Source of the DNA: Escherichia coli
Lineage (GTDB): Bacteria > Pseudomonadota > Gammaproteobacteria > Enterobacterales > Enterobacteriaceae
Direction: 5' to 3' (one strand)
NCBI RefSeq assembly: GCF_044324875.1
Contig: NZ_CP172188.1
Length of the DNA: 64,000 nucleotides
Below the pieces are notes generated by a model that saw only the letters and a program-made list of their open reading frames with translations, searched no databases and was not told the DNA's origin. The position numbers and the translations under genes were made by a program. This document shows, one piece after another, positions 37,952 to 47,459 of this stretch. The stretch's first letter is position 1, and every line of letters begins with the position of its first letter.

Positions 37952-38119
37952 ATGACTGTTCGCTACCTCAACTTTCAAATCAAGAACATTACTGGCGGTT
38001 GCTATGACTGGTTTGTCACTCTCGGAAAAGAAGTGATTACCGGGAAGCTGGATGAAGTGAAAGCTAAAGCAATGGCCTACGCCTGCAAGCAAGCCCGGAA
38101 GAAATCCGCCAAAGCATAA
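37952..38119 (+). CDS. possible small protein (55 aa)
   Basis: ATG with GGGGGAG RBS 7 nt upstream; below the ORF-track size cutoff. Confidence 0.3.
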   Translation: MTVRYLNFQIKNITGGCYDWFVTLGKEVITGKLDEVKAKAMAYACKQARKKSAKA

Positions 38120-38139
38120 AATACTGACTGTTGCGCCCT

Positions 38140-38430
38140 GGCATTATCGTGGGGTATATTTCTACGGCACCTTAGAAAAACGGGTGCCGGGATTGGAACC
38201 CCGGATAATGCAAAAGGCGACACAGACGCCGAAAGCGTCTTTTCTTGTGTCATGCCATCGCACAGCCATACGTAGCGTTTAGCTCAGAGATCAATGGTAG
38301 TGCTGGCTGGGCTGCCGAAAGGCAGGCCGGTTCCCTTTTGCGCCGGTAGTTCCAACCCAGTCAGTGCTACCGCCATTGAGATTGGAACCTCACGCGGTAG
38401 CTCCTTAAATTAGCAAAAGGAGGCTGCCAA
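38140..38430 (+). ncRNA. candidate c4-like antisense RNA / leader region of immunity module A
   Basis: Structured leader upstream of the icd-like gene: direct repeats GATTGGAACC (38192, 38383) and a partly complementary GTTCCAACC (38346); hairpin GACGCCGAAAGCGTC + T-run near 38223. Confidence 0.3.
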
Positions 38431-38431
38431 T

Positions 38432-38647
38432 ATGGCTACTATCCCTACCCCAACTCATTCTGAATTTATCTGGCGTTTCTATTCCTGCCAAAAACACCTG
38501 TATATCTGCGTCATGGCTGCAACCGAAGCAGAAGCTCGTTCATACCTTCCTGAAGAACCCTGCATTTTTGCCGCACGCTTCACTCTTGATGCGATGGAGA
38601 TCCTCAATTACTGGAATCTGCCAATGAACTGCGTGGAGGTGCACTGA
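38432..38647 (+). CDS. Icd-like small protein (module A)
   Basis: 71 aa; paralog of 62161..62385 (shared SEFIWRF, QKH, AATE-EARS); stop overlaps ant start (TGATG) as for icd-ant coupling in P1. Confidence 0.5.
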   Translation: MATIPTPTHSEFIWRFYSCQKHLYICVMAATEAEARSYLPEEPCIFAARFTLDAMEILNYWNLPMNCVEVH

Positions 38648-39588
38648 TGAATCTGTCCATCTCTCAAAAAGCGACAATGACCAGCATTGAGATCGCGGAA
38701 CTGGTAGGAAGTCGCCAAGATAGTGTGAAGAGAACTATCGAAACACTGGCTAAAAAGAGTGTGATCCAATTTCCACAATCTGTGGAAATTGAAAATAAAC
38801 AATCAGTTGGCCCTCGTCGATTTTCCAAGGCTTACATCTTTGAAGGCGAACAAGGCAAGCGCGATAGTATCATTGTCGTCGCACAGCTCTCTCCGGAATT
38901 CACCGCCCGGCTGGTGGACCGCTGGCGCGAACTGGAGAATGCCAGGGGACCGTTAAAATCAAAAGCCGAAATCCTGGCTGAAATGGCGCAAATGCATCTT
39001 GAGCATGAACGCCGGATCAACGCCGTAAATGCCCAGGTAGCCGAGGTATCAGCACAAGTATCGATGGTCGCTGAAACACTCGAGCAAATAAAGAAAGGCA
39101 ATATGCCGGAAGGCTACATTGGCTACCGCCAGCTGGCGGCGAAATGCGGCCTGACTGAAGCCAAATGTCGCAACCTGGTTAACGCTTACCGGATACCCAC
39201 TGATACGCATGAGTTTTTGACTCCCGACGGTTTGCTTGCGCGACGCTCAATTGTGGCCCTGGCCCCCTTCCGGAAAGCCTTTAAGCAGGTTATGTCGGAG
39301 GCAGAACCACGCAACAAACGCTGGTATCATCCAAAGATGGGGATGTTTCAGGCAATCCACCATCCTGTGCCTGAAAGTCCAAAGGCAAACCTGTCGTTGC
39401 ATACCGCCAGAGAGAGGATTAAAACAGGGTATGCAATCGTATGCCGTCGAGCATCTTGGCCTGAAGGTGTATGGGTATGGCCCGAAGGTGGATCACGAAA
39501 GCACTGGCGCACTATCCGGGATGGGAAAATCCATGCGATTGATTTAGCTCCAGAGGATGTTGTTGCTACGGACTGGATTGTTAGTTAA
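38647..39588 (+). CDS. antirepressor-like protein: Rha-family N-terminal domain fused to DUF2829/Tad2-like C-terminal domain (module A)
   Basis: 313 aa; N-terminal MTSIEIAELVGSRQDSVKRTIE; C-terminal CRRASWPEGVWVWPEGG ... DLAPEDVVATDWIVS. Confidence 0.65.
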   Translation: MNLSISQKATMTSIEIAELVGSRQDSVKRTIETLAKKSVIQFPQSVEIENKQSVGPRRFSKAYIFEGEQGKRDSIIVVAQLSPEFTARLVDRWRELENARGPLKSKAEILAEMAQMHLEHERRINAVNAQVAEVSAQVSMVAETLEQIKKGNMPEGYIGYRQLAAKCGLTEAKCRNLVNAYRIPTDTHEFLTPDGLLARRSIVALAPFRKAFKQVMSEAEPRNKRWYHPKMGMFQAIHHPVPESPKANLSLHTARERIKTGYAIVCRRASWPEGVWVWPEGGSRKHWRTIRDGKIHAIDLAPEDVVATDWIVS

Positions 39589-39596
39589 TTACTGTT

Positions 39597-39620
39597 GCCC
39601 CGGCCTGTCCGGGGCTTTAA
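39597..39620 (+). terminator. rho-independent terminator
   Basis: GCCCCGGCCTGTCCGGGGCTTT. Confidence 0.6.
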
Positions 39621-39647
39621 CTACTAAATAACCGGATTCTCCGCACG

Positions 39648-39932
39648 ATGAAGAAAATAGATTTCACTTACTCTGCTGCCACAATCCAGCGACGTTTCAG
39701 TCTCATAAGGGAAGTGGAACTATCAAAAAACTGGTATCAAATTCTACTGGATGAAGAGTTTTCACTGATGGTTATAGCAGAAAAATTGGCTATGCCGAAT
39801 GACCGGCACAAGGTCATAGCCAGCCTGGATCTGGTGACAAACAGATACTGGGAATCCGAGGAACTACTTGAAGTTGGCTTGATACGCGAGATGATAGAAC
39901 AGGCTGTTCCCCTCCACTTACAGCAACCATAA
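39648..39932 (+). CDS. hypothetical protein
   Basis: 94-aa ORF, ATG start. Confidence 0.4.
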   Translation: MKKIDFTYSAATIQRRFSLIREVELSKNWYQILLDEEFSLMVIAEKLAMPNDRHKVIASLDLVTNRYWESEELLEVGLIREMIEQAVPLHLQQP

Positions 39933-40068
39933 TTGAAAGGTCTTAACGATAGTCTGCCACGAATAGTTACTTTCACTGCCTAAAGTTATTTAATTGCATT
40001 ACAAAGTGTAAATTAGTAACATTAGAATCTCACACAGCACTATAACTATATGTTTTTTATGTAAAAGG

Positions 40069-40428
40069 ATGATAATCGTGGCTACTAAAATTAAACTTGA
40101 AAACCCTCAAACTGGCGAATCAATCACCGGTTTTTATGGTTTTTCCTGGACTACATTCTTGTTTGGTGCTTTTCCAGCTTTGTTCAGGAAAGACTTTATA
40201 ACTTTTATTGGGGTATTCGTAGTGATGCTGATACTGGCATTCCTCACAGCCGGAATTGGCCCGTGGATTGCCTCATTTATCTGGGCGTTCATGTATAATA
40301 AATATTTCACCGTAAATAAGATAAAACAAGGCTTCATTTTTGCTGGTTCTCACACAGAAAATGAGTTGGCTGCTAGCAAGCTAGGATTGTCATTAAATCA
40401 AAACAACTGCAAAACTATTACCGAGTAA
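40069..40428 (+). CDS. small integral membrane protein
   Basis: 119 aa with two hydrophobic helices; AT-rich locus. Confidence 0.5.
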   Translation: MIIVATKIKLENPQTGESITGFYGFSWTTFLFGAFPALFRKDFITFIGVFVVMLILAFLTAGIGPWIASFIWAFMYNKYFTVNKIKQGFIFAGSHTENELAASKLGLSLNQNNCKTITE

Positions 40429-40468
40429 TAGCCAAAAAGCAGGCTTAATAGTAAGCCTGCTATGTCAA

Positions 40469-41290
40469 TCACGAATCTCTCTGACAATTCAGAAACATAA
40501 ACGCCCGCTTGTCTGTTAAATCCGTAACATAATACTCTCTCATGCCTGTAGGTTTTATTCTACGAGCATATACAAACTTATGAACTGGTTGTTTTTCCCC
40601 ATAACTTACATCAGTCCTAAATTCATCAACCACGCTACCATCTTTTTCGACTTCCTTCCTCACCAGCTTATTTTCTAATGCTGGCTTTAATTCGTCCATG
40701 CCACTAAAAGCATCCTGGCCTGTACTATTGCCTCGATTTCCGCGCGGCAAATCCCAGGAGAAATAAGTGCCATAGTCAGTAATCACACGATCCCAGACTC
40801 CGGTATCCCCCATATAGTTAGAGCGCTTTCCATTGTAGGTTACAGCCACTTTACAGGAGTACGTTTCTTCATTCCCTCCAGCCTTACTCGCTGTGGTTGC
40901 AGGGATATTTTGGATAGATGCGCTTACGTCATCTTGCGTTAATTCCTCAACTGGAGCAAATTCATATATGGGTGTGCCGAGGCTATTTAAATATAACTTA
41001 TATCTAACCCTAAGCGCACTTCCATCTGAGAATTCATACGTTCCCAGGCATTGGAGCTTATTTTTTTCTCTTATCTCATTGATCTGATAATAAGCATCAA
41101 TTACAGAGATTGCTTCCTGATCGTCCTTCAGCAGTTCATTATAATCATCAATTAACATCTGTCTGGTTTTAGGGGCATTGCAGTCAATTTTGCTAAAATC
41201 ATAAGCAAAGGCAAATGTGGGAACAGAGAGAGCAACAACAGTAGCAAGTATTGTTGAGGAACATCTTTTTCCATTTTTTATAAAAAACAT
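40469..41290 (-). CDS. secreted (signal-peptide) protein of unknown function
   Basis: Start ATG 41290 with GGAG RBS; N-terminal signal-like STILATVVALSVPTFAFA; AT-rich. Confidence 0.5.
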   Translation of the reverse strand: MFFIKNGKRCSSTILATVVALSVPTFAFAYDFSKIDCNAPKTRQMLIDDYNELLKDDQEAISVIDAYYQINEIREKNKLQCLGTYEFSDGSALRVRYKLYLNSLGTPIYEFAPVEELTQDDVSASIQNIPATTASKAGGNEETYSCKVAVTYNGKRSNYMGDTGVWDRVITDYGTYFSWDLPRGNRGNSTGQDAFSGMDELKPALENKLVRKEVEKDGSVVDEFRTDVSYGEKQPVHKFVYARRIKPTGMREYYVTDLTDKRAFMFLNCQRDS

Positions 41291-41530
41291 TTCATTAACT
41301 CCATACTTTACCATCTTAGCCGCGAGCGCGGTCCCTAAAACCATTAACTTCACTGCACCGTTCCTTCATGCAATCAAAATGACTTTTATGTTATAAAAAT
41401 AATCAGCCAAATCAACATGATTTAGGCCAAATGCGTATTCCGCTCTATTCGATCACGGATTGGCATCGAAGTCCGATCAGCGATTCGCATCCATTCGATC
41501 AACCGGGAACTTAACTTTTTCTACCGCTTT

Positions 41531-42286
41531 TTAACGCGTTTTTTCGCTGCTTTCCACTACCGGGGGATTTTTCCTCAGTGACTCTCCCTGAAGGACCACT
41601 CGGTGTGAGTTATGTACCAGTCTGTCCAGGATGGCATCTGCTGTTGTTGGGTTCTCCATCAGACCATGCCATTTATCTACCGGGAACTGGCTTACCACTA
41701 TCGTGCTGCTTTGTCCGTAACGATCCTCTATGAGCTCCAGAAGGTCATTACACTGGGCGTTACTTAACTGTTCCAGCCCCAGATCGTCCAGGATTAGAAC
41801 CTGTATTTTTTGCAACTGTTTCAGATATTTCAGCCAGCTGCCATCAACACGTCCCTGAGCCAGTTGTTCCAGTAATCGCCCGGTTCTACAGTACCGGACG
41901 CTGTGTTTCTGTCGACATGCCTGTTCGCCCAGCGCATTGGCTATCCAGCTCTTGCCACATCCTGTCGGACCGGTTATCAGCAGGTTTTTCCTGTGGGTTA
42001 TGTAGTGGCCGTTCAGCAGTTCTCTCATCTGTTCAGCCCGCAGACCTCTTGAGGCCGGATAGCGCAGCCCTTCCGGTGTTGCCTGGTATTTCAGGCCGGC
42101 ATTTTTTCTCAACCGTGCCACACGGCTGTTTTCCCTGCTCAGAAGCTCGTCATCAACCAGCAGCGTCAGCCTTTCCTCGAACGACAGTTCGTCGTAGGTC
42201 TGAGGCGTTTCCCGCTGCCGTATCAGGCTCCCGGCCATCGCCGGGAGTTTCAGTTGGGTCAGTTTGTTTAACAGGTTATCACTCAT
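41531..42286 (-). CDS. istB: IS21 helper ATPase IstB
   Basis: Walker A LLITGPTGCGKS, Walker B VLILDDLG; start set at MSDNLL. Confidence 0.88.
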   Translation of the reverse strand: MSDNLLNKLTQLKLPAMAGSLIRQRETPQTYDELSFEERLTLLVDDELLSRENSRVARLRKNAGLKYQATPEGLRYPASRGLRAEQMRELLNGHYITHRKNLLITGPTGCGKSWIANALGEQACRQKHSVRYCRTGRLLEQLAQGRVDGSWLKYLKQLQKIQVLILDDLGLEQLSNAQCNDLLELIEDRYGQSSTIVVSQFPVDKWHGLMENPTTADAILDRLVHNSHRVVLQGESLRKNPPVVESSEKTR

Positions 42287-42302
42287 ACTGTTGTTCCTTC
42301 TG

Positions 42303-43838
42303 TCAGTGGTAGTAGCCCGGACCACGCAGGTTTTCATGCTCTGAAGCATATGCCGGATGTTGTTCGCCCTGGCGGGATAATGGAAGCTCCAGGTTCTCCC
42401 GATGGTGACGCAGCAGATTGTCGATAAAGCGTCTGTCAGGGGCGTTATAGTGCAGGGCAACGTAACAGGCCTTTTCCAGCCGTTCCGGGCCGTATTTTTT
42501 CTGAAGTGCCAGCAGCCCCAGAACTGCACGATAAGCCAGTTCCGGATGGGGTTTTGCCTTCAGCATGGATTCAACCACCCGGCCTGTGGACGGGCCCGTA
42601 CGTTTTCCCTGCTCGATCAGGCGTTCCGGTGTCCATGTCCCGTGCTGCCGGTGGCGCTCTGGCATGTGAAGCGGATTGGTTGTGTGTTTATATTCATGTG
42701 TGCTGCGCGGATGTTGCGCCACACACTGCCCCTTGTGCCAGAGCTGTACCACCGACTGCCCCGCCTTCAGTGACAGACGCTGACCGACCAGTTCGTGTGG
42801 AACGGAGTACCAGTGACGGGCATATTCAACGTGGTAGTCAGGGCCAACCTTCACAGCTTTGTATTCCGTGTATTCATAAGGTGCCAGAGGCAGCGGAGAG
42901 AGTGCTGGCGCATCCAGTATGCGGAAGCGTTCTGCACGGGTTTGATTGCCGTACCCCTTCATTGGCCGGTTATTCATGTCTGTCAGTAACTCCCTAAGGC
43001 GCGCATTCAGCGCCCTGAGCGTGTGGAAGGTTTCATTACGGATGCGGGCAAGAAGCCATCGTTCAACGATGAGGACGCCGTTTTCTGCTTTTGGTTTATC
43101 TTTAGGTTTGCGTGGTCGGGCCGGGATGATAACCGTGCCATAGTGCTCAGCCAGTGCCTGATAACTGTCGTTGATGACAGGCTCATATCGATCGGCCTTT
43201 TTCACTGCGCTTCTGAGGTTATCGGGGATGAGCAGCTTCGGTACGCCGCCCAGGAAGGTCAGGCAACGGCTGTGGGCATTTAACCATGACATCATGTCCT
43301 GACCTTCGCACGCTTCAACGTAGGTATAGTTGGACGCCCCCATTACGGCCACGAAGATTGCCACGCGGCGTATCTCACCGGTGTCCGGATTAATAACAGG
43401 AACCGTAGGACCACAGAAGTCGATAAAAAGCTTTTCGCCGGCACGATGCTCCTGGCGCATGGAGAGACGTCGCGTTTTTTTCCACTCCCGGTAGCAACGG
43501 CAGAAGTGCGAGTATCCCATCGCTTTGTTACCCGCCTGTGCCTTGTATTCCATCCACAACAGTTGCCGCGTCACACCTGGTTTTCTCATTTCCGTATCGA
43601 AGTACAACATGTCAGGCATTACAAGCTCTGATGCAAAGGTGTCTTTGGGCGGAAAAATGAGTTTCTCCAGCGTGTCATGGGATATATCAGCAGGTAATGG
43701 CCATGACAGAGAAGAGGCTTTGAAGCGGGCAAGAACCTCAAAAACGGTTGAGGCGCTGATGTGTAACGTCAGTCCGATACAACGGTTAGTCAGCTTCTTG
43801 TCGAACTTGAGCTGAAGGATCTTAAAACAGGTTTCCAT
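42303..43838 (-). CDS. istA: IS21 transposase IstA
   Basis: 511 aa from METCFKIL; N-terminal HTH and DDE-type core. Confidence 0.85.
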   Translation of the reverse strand: METCFKILQLKFDKKLTNRCIGLTLHISASTVFEVLARFKASSLSWPLPADISHDTLEKLIFPPKDTFASELVMPDMLYFDTEMRKPGVTRQLLWMEYKAQAGNKAMGYSHFCRCYREWKKTRRLSMRQEHRAGEKLFIDFCGPTVPVINPDTGEIRRVAIFVAVMGASNYTYVEACEGQDMMSWLNAHSRCLTFLGGVPKLLIPDNLRSAVKKADRYEPVINDSYQALAEHYGTVIIPARPRKPKDKPKAENGVLIVERWLLARIRNETFHTLRALNARLRELLTDMNNRPMKGYGNQTRAERFRILDAPALSPLPLAPYEYTEYKAVKVGPDYHVEYARHWYSVPHELVGQRLSLKAGQSVVQLWHKGQCVAQHPRSTHEYKHTTNPLHMPERHRQHGTWTPERLIEQGKRTGPSTGRVVESMLKAKPHPELAYRAVLGLLALQKKYGPERLEKACYVALHYNAPDRRFIDNLLRHHRENLELPLSRQGEQHPAYASEHENLRGPGYYH

Positions 43839-43941
43839 AGTGCTCCTGGATTTTCTCTTTCTGGACATTGACGTCTCCACTGGTTTAAACACGGCAATGG
43901 AGACTGTGGTGAAAAGAGTTAATTCCCGGAGTGACTGGCAG

Positions 43942-44060
43942 GATGCCAATCAATGATCGGAAGCATGCCAAATCGTGATCGATTGTGATGCCAAACTGTG
44001 ATCGGAGATGGATGCCAAATCATGATCGATTCGAATGCCAAACTGCGATCGATTCAGATG
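43942..44060. repeat. five tandem ~23-bp repeats at the IS21-family end
   Basis: GATGCCAATCAATGATCGG / CATGCCAAATCGTGATCG / GATGCCAAACTGTGATCGG / GATGCCAAATCATGATCG / AATGCCAAACTGCGATCG. Confidence 0.7.
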
Positions 44061-44281
44061 CCATTTTGCAGCCAAATTTCTGTCAAAAAATAAAATCCAC
44101 AAAAAGTGGTTGACACTATTTTGGAAATCACAAACTGCACATAATCCATCGCGCTAACGGCTCCCGTTGAAGGTTCTTTTGACGATTAACTTTCAGCCGA
44201 AGCGCGGTAGGGAGTCATAACGCCAAAGCAGGCCGCCATGTGCGGCCTTTTTTTGTATCCGTCATCCGTGGAGGAAGGACA

Positions 44282-44935
44282 ATGGAAAAGATCGCAATAT
44301 TCAGCCTGACCACCAGCAAGCCTCAAATGCTCACTGCAATACTGAAAGACGGTGCTCTCATTATTAACGAAGTAAAACCCCTTCCCGCGTCAGCATTGGA
44401 GCAAAAGCAAAAAATTCCTCCAGCTATAGCAGCCCTGCGGAAAAGCAAATTTAAGGTACTGGTAGACGAAATTACGCCAACGATCTCCGCTGGCACCGGA
44501 GCAAGCCAGGTTACTCTCAAGACCCGTCATGCCGATGGCAGAGCAGCAATCATCGTCGGGATGGAAAGATACAGAGAGTTAAAACTCCAGAAGCTATTAT
44601 CCCTGCCGCAAAATAACAAAGGTGCTTTCGAAATCCCTGACTCCATCGTTGACACCGAATACAACGGTAACGGAGAAGAAGTCTACCGGGTGAACTGGCA
44701 GGATATCAGGCCGGAACATATTCTGATGGTCCTGTGTTGCTACGCGACCGTATACCACAACGTTGCCAGTGCAGATTACGTAGAGCAGATGACCGGCACA
44801 GTCGAGAAAGAGCAAAAAACAGGCATACTCGCTTCGTTCCTGTCCATTATTGGGCATGAAAAAGTTGAAGCAGGCACCTCCCAGCCAAAGTCACTGGCTG
44901 GGAAAGAAGTTGATGAAGATACCGTGATACTTTGA
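44282..44935 (+). CDS. hypothetical protein
   Basis: ORF 44240..44935; start set at MEKIAIF. Confidence 0.45.
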   Translation: MEKIAIFSLTTSKPQMLTAILKDGALIINEVKPLPASALEQKQKIPPAIAALRKSKFKVLVDEITPTISAGTGASQVTLKTRHADGRAAIIVGMERYRELKLQKLLSLPQNNKGAFEIPDSIVDTEYNGNGEEVYRVNWQDIRPEHILMVLCCYATVYHNVASADYVEQMTGTVEKEQKTGILASFLSIIGHEKVEAGTSQPKSLAGKEVDEDTVIL

Positions 44936-45271
44936 TCACATTAGTAGCTTTGTTAACTCCCTCAATACCAGGTAGAAGAGTAACAAAAACACTGACGTGG
45001 ATACCTGCTGAGTTAAAGAAGCACTAATGAATTTATTCAATAAATCAATCAGCTTATTAAAAATATTCATCTTTTCGAATCCATTCGATCGGTAAATAAC
45101 ACCCAGCTCACTATCGAGCTGGTCCACGCCTTAAGATTAATGAAAGTCACTTGTTGACAGTCAATAAATTCCAGGGTGGCGAAAAAACTCTGTCTATACG
45201 GATAGTGCTTGCATTTTACTCTTTCTGCGTGTAGCGTATATACACAGGTTGCACGCACGAATGGAATTATT

Positions 45272-45553
45272 TTGATTAAGTCATTTCGCCATAAAGGGCT
45301 TGAACGCTTTTTCAAGACAGGTTCAACCGCAGGCATTCAGGCCAAACATGCGGTTAAGCTACGCATTCAATTGACTGCGCTTAATACAGCTAAACGCCCG
45401 GACGATATGTCTGCGCCTGGATGGGAATTGCACCCTCTAAAGGGGGCGGACCTTAAAGGTCACTGGGCAATATCGGTAAACGGTAACTGGCGACTTACCT
45501 TCCGATTTGAAGGAGAAGACGCAATTCTAGTTGACTATCAGGATTATCATTGA
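45272..45553 (+). CDS. higB: HigB-family toxin (RelE/ParE superfamily, killer-protein type)
   Basis: TTG start; [13 protein letters not shown] ... WELHPLKG ... [21 protein letters not shown]. Confidence 0.75.
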   Translation: MIKSFRHKGLERFFKTGSTAGIQAKHAVKLRIQLTALNTAKRPDDMSAPGWELHPLKGADLKGHWAISVNGNWRLTFRFEGEDAILVDYQDYH

Positions 45554-45561
45554 GGAACACT

Positions 45562-45843
45562 ATGAGTCGTATGCATAATCCCGCGCATCCAGGCGCGGTT
45601 CTTCGTGAATATTTGGGAGACATGTCAGTCACAGACGCCGCTGCGGCATTAGGCATTACTCGCACGGCGCTTTCCCGAATTCTGAATGAAAAAGCAGGTA
45701 TATCTGCTGATATGGCACTTCGTCTGGAGTCCGCTCTTGGAACCAGTGCCGAAATGTGGACCGGTATGCAATCCCAGTATGAGCTTTGGGTTGCTTCGCA
45801 AACCACTCGCCCAAACATCCGTCCATTATTTTTCCACGCATAA
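45562..45843 (+). CDS. higA: HigA-family antitoxin (XRE HTH)
   Basis: GAGGA RBS; [44 protein letters not shown]. Confidence 0.75.
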   Translation: MSRMHNPAHPGAVLREYLGDMSVTDAAAALGITRTALSRILNEKAGISADMALRLESALGTSAEMWTGMQSQYELWVASQTTRPNIRPLFFHA

Positions 45844-45935
45844 TTTCACAGCGTCACCAGGCCTGGTGACGCTGCTTTCTCGCATTTCACACCCTGCATA
45901 CAGTTTTCCCCAGGTTATGACTGAGGGGCTTTGTT

Positions 45936-46265
45936 ATGGGCTATAGCAGACTCGACGATAGGTACATTGAAGACGATATTTTTCGTGCGCTGTTTCACCA
46001 GGAAATGATTAAGCGGGTATCGGAGTATCACTCTGATAATTTCCAGTACACGATAAAGATTGATGAAGTATATCGTTCAGACCTTGCAGCCTACAGGGCG
46101 TATGGCAATGCAGATTTGCGCTGGGTATTCCGGGTGCTGGTGGGCCATGAGTCAGAAATGGAAGAAATGCCCGCCGGGACCACGTTAACTCTTCCTGATG
46201 TGGCATGGCTGAGGAATAAGATCCGTGATTACGCGAGCGCGGAACCGGAGATAGAAAATGCCTGA
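45936..46265 (+). CDS. hypothetical protein
   Basis: 109-aa ORF. Confidence 0.4.
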   Translation: MGYSRLDDRYIEDDIFRALFHQEMIKRVSEYHSDNFQYTIKIDEVYRSDLAAYRAYGNADLRWVFRVLVGHESEMEEMPAGTTLTLPDVAWLRNKIRDYASAEPEIENA

Positions 46266-47448
46266 TTTCCTGAAAAACCAGGACGGGCGCTATATCACTG
46301 ACGGCCTGTCCTCTAAGGACTTCACGCGTTTATTCGACCTTATCAGGAAAGAACAAACCCGTAAGCGCCGGCAAGCTCACCGGACGCTGACGCCAGGTAG
46401 ACTGAGGAACAAATCCGCCGAAGATATTCTCAAGTTAGGGAAGAAAAAAGGCGGCACGTTCTTCACGCGAGACGACCTGAAAGGTTTCGAAAAGCTACGG
46501 AGTAAAACGCGCGAAAAATATGACAGCAAGACGGCTGGCATCACATACGCCCAGCTGGTGGCATCCAGCCAGGCAATCGATATTAAGCGTGCAAATAACG
46601 CCGTGGATGACGGATCTGGTATCAAAAGAGCTACACCCGTATCTCTTCGCCACAATGTGATTAATATCCGCGTAGAAGCATCGGATATATCCGTCCACCA
46701 GCACCATATCGTCCGGATACGCTTTGAAGAATGGGATCAGATGGTTGATGATATCGCAGAAGACGATAAATCAGCTCTCAAAATCACTAAATCACTGTGC
46801 GCCGGGCGAGTGTCTTTCGATTGTGACTGTGGTCGTCATCAATACTGGTATCGTTACATCGCCACTGCGGGTAACTTTGCCCTGGCACCGCCAAAAGAAT
46901 ACGCCTATCCAAAAGTTCGCAACCCGAAGCTGCAAGGCGTCGCCTGTAAACACGTGATCCACTCAATGACGCGGTTACAGTCCGCCAGTTGGCAAATGAG
47001 TATTGCTCGTGCGCTACAAAAGGCTGCAACGCAAATTGCATTTGGTGACGATCGCCGCCGTACAACCAAACACTTCTCAAAAGAAGACGAGAAGGAGTTT
47101 AATCGCAATCGTAGCAGTAAAACAAACGTTGAAGCCGCCAAACGCGAATGGAGGCTCTATCAGAAGCGCCAGGCAGCTTTAAGTACAAAACTGGCAAAGG
47201 ACAACGGCAATATCGACAAGCTACGTGACCAATTGACCAGGGCCAGAAAGTTGTCAGACGCACAGAAAAAACGGGCGGCTGCAAAAGAAGCGGCCTTGCA
47301 ACGTGAGAAACAGAAAAATAAGGAACTTCAGCAACGCCTTGCCGATCAGTTCGCACTGAAGAAGCAGGCGTTCATTGATGCGCTTGTCATGGCTGGAACA
47401 CCACCAGCACAAGCTGAAAAAATGTTCATGGAGTACATAAAAAATTAA
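46258..47448 (+). CDS. hypothetical protein with SWIM-like zinc-finger motif and basic coiled-coil C-terminus
   Basis: 396 aa; C-x-C ... C-x-H pattern in FDCDCGRHQYW ... ACKHVIH. Confidence 0.45.
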   Translation: MPDFLKNQDGRYITDGLSSKDFTRLFDLIRKEQTRKRRQAHRTLTPGRLRNKSAEDILKLGKKKGGTFFTRDDLKGFEKLRSKTREKYDSKTAGITYAQLVASSQAIDIKRANNAVDDGSGIKRATPVSLRHNVINIRVEASDISVHQHHIVRIRFEEWDQMVDDIAEDDKSALKITKSLCAGRVSFDCDCGRHQYWYRYIATAGNFALAPPKEYAYPKVRNPKLQGVACKHVIHSMTRLQSASWQMSIARALQKAATQIAFGDDRRRTTKHFSKEDEKEFNRNRSSKTNVEAAKREWRLYQKRQAALSTKLAKDNGNIDKLRDQLTRARKLSDAQKKRAAAKEAALQREKQKNKELQQRLADQFALKKQAFIDALVMAGTPPAQAEKMFMEYIKN

Positions 47449-47459
47449 CAAAGGTGGGT

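Larger units (their letters stand above)
41400..44080. mobile_element. IS21-family insertion sequence (istA-istB)
   Basis: IstA/IstB gene pair plus multiple terminal repeats (GATGCCAAA-N-TGATCG type) at both ends; boundaries approximate. Confidence 0.8.

Noticed and set aside
43942-44060. Possible CRISPR array (tandem repeats)
   Set aside because: The repeats are about 23-bp imperfect direct repeats without unique spacers, located at the end of the IS21-family element next to istA; they are transposase-binding terminal repeats. The parC iterons at 59891..59956 are likewise contiguous 11-bp repeats, not repeat-spacer units. No CRISPR array or cas genes were found.
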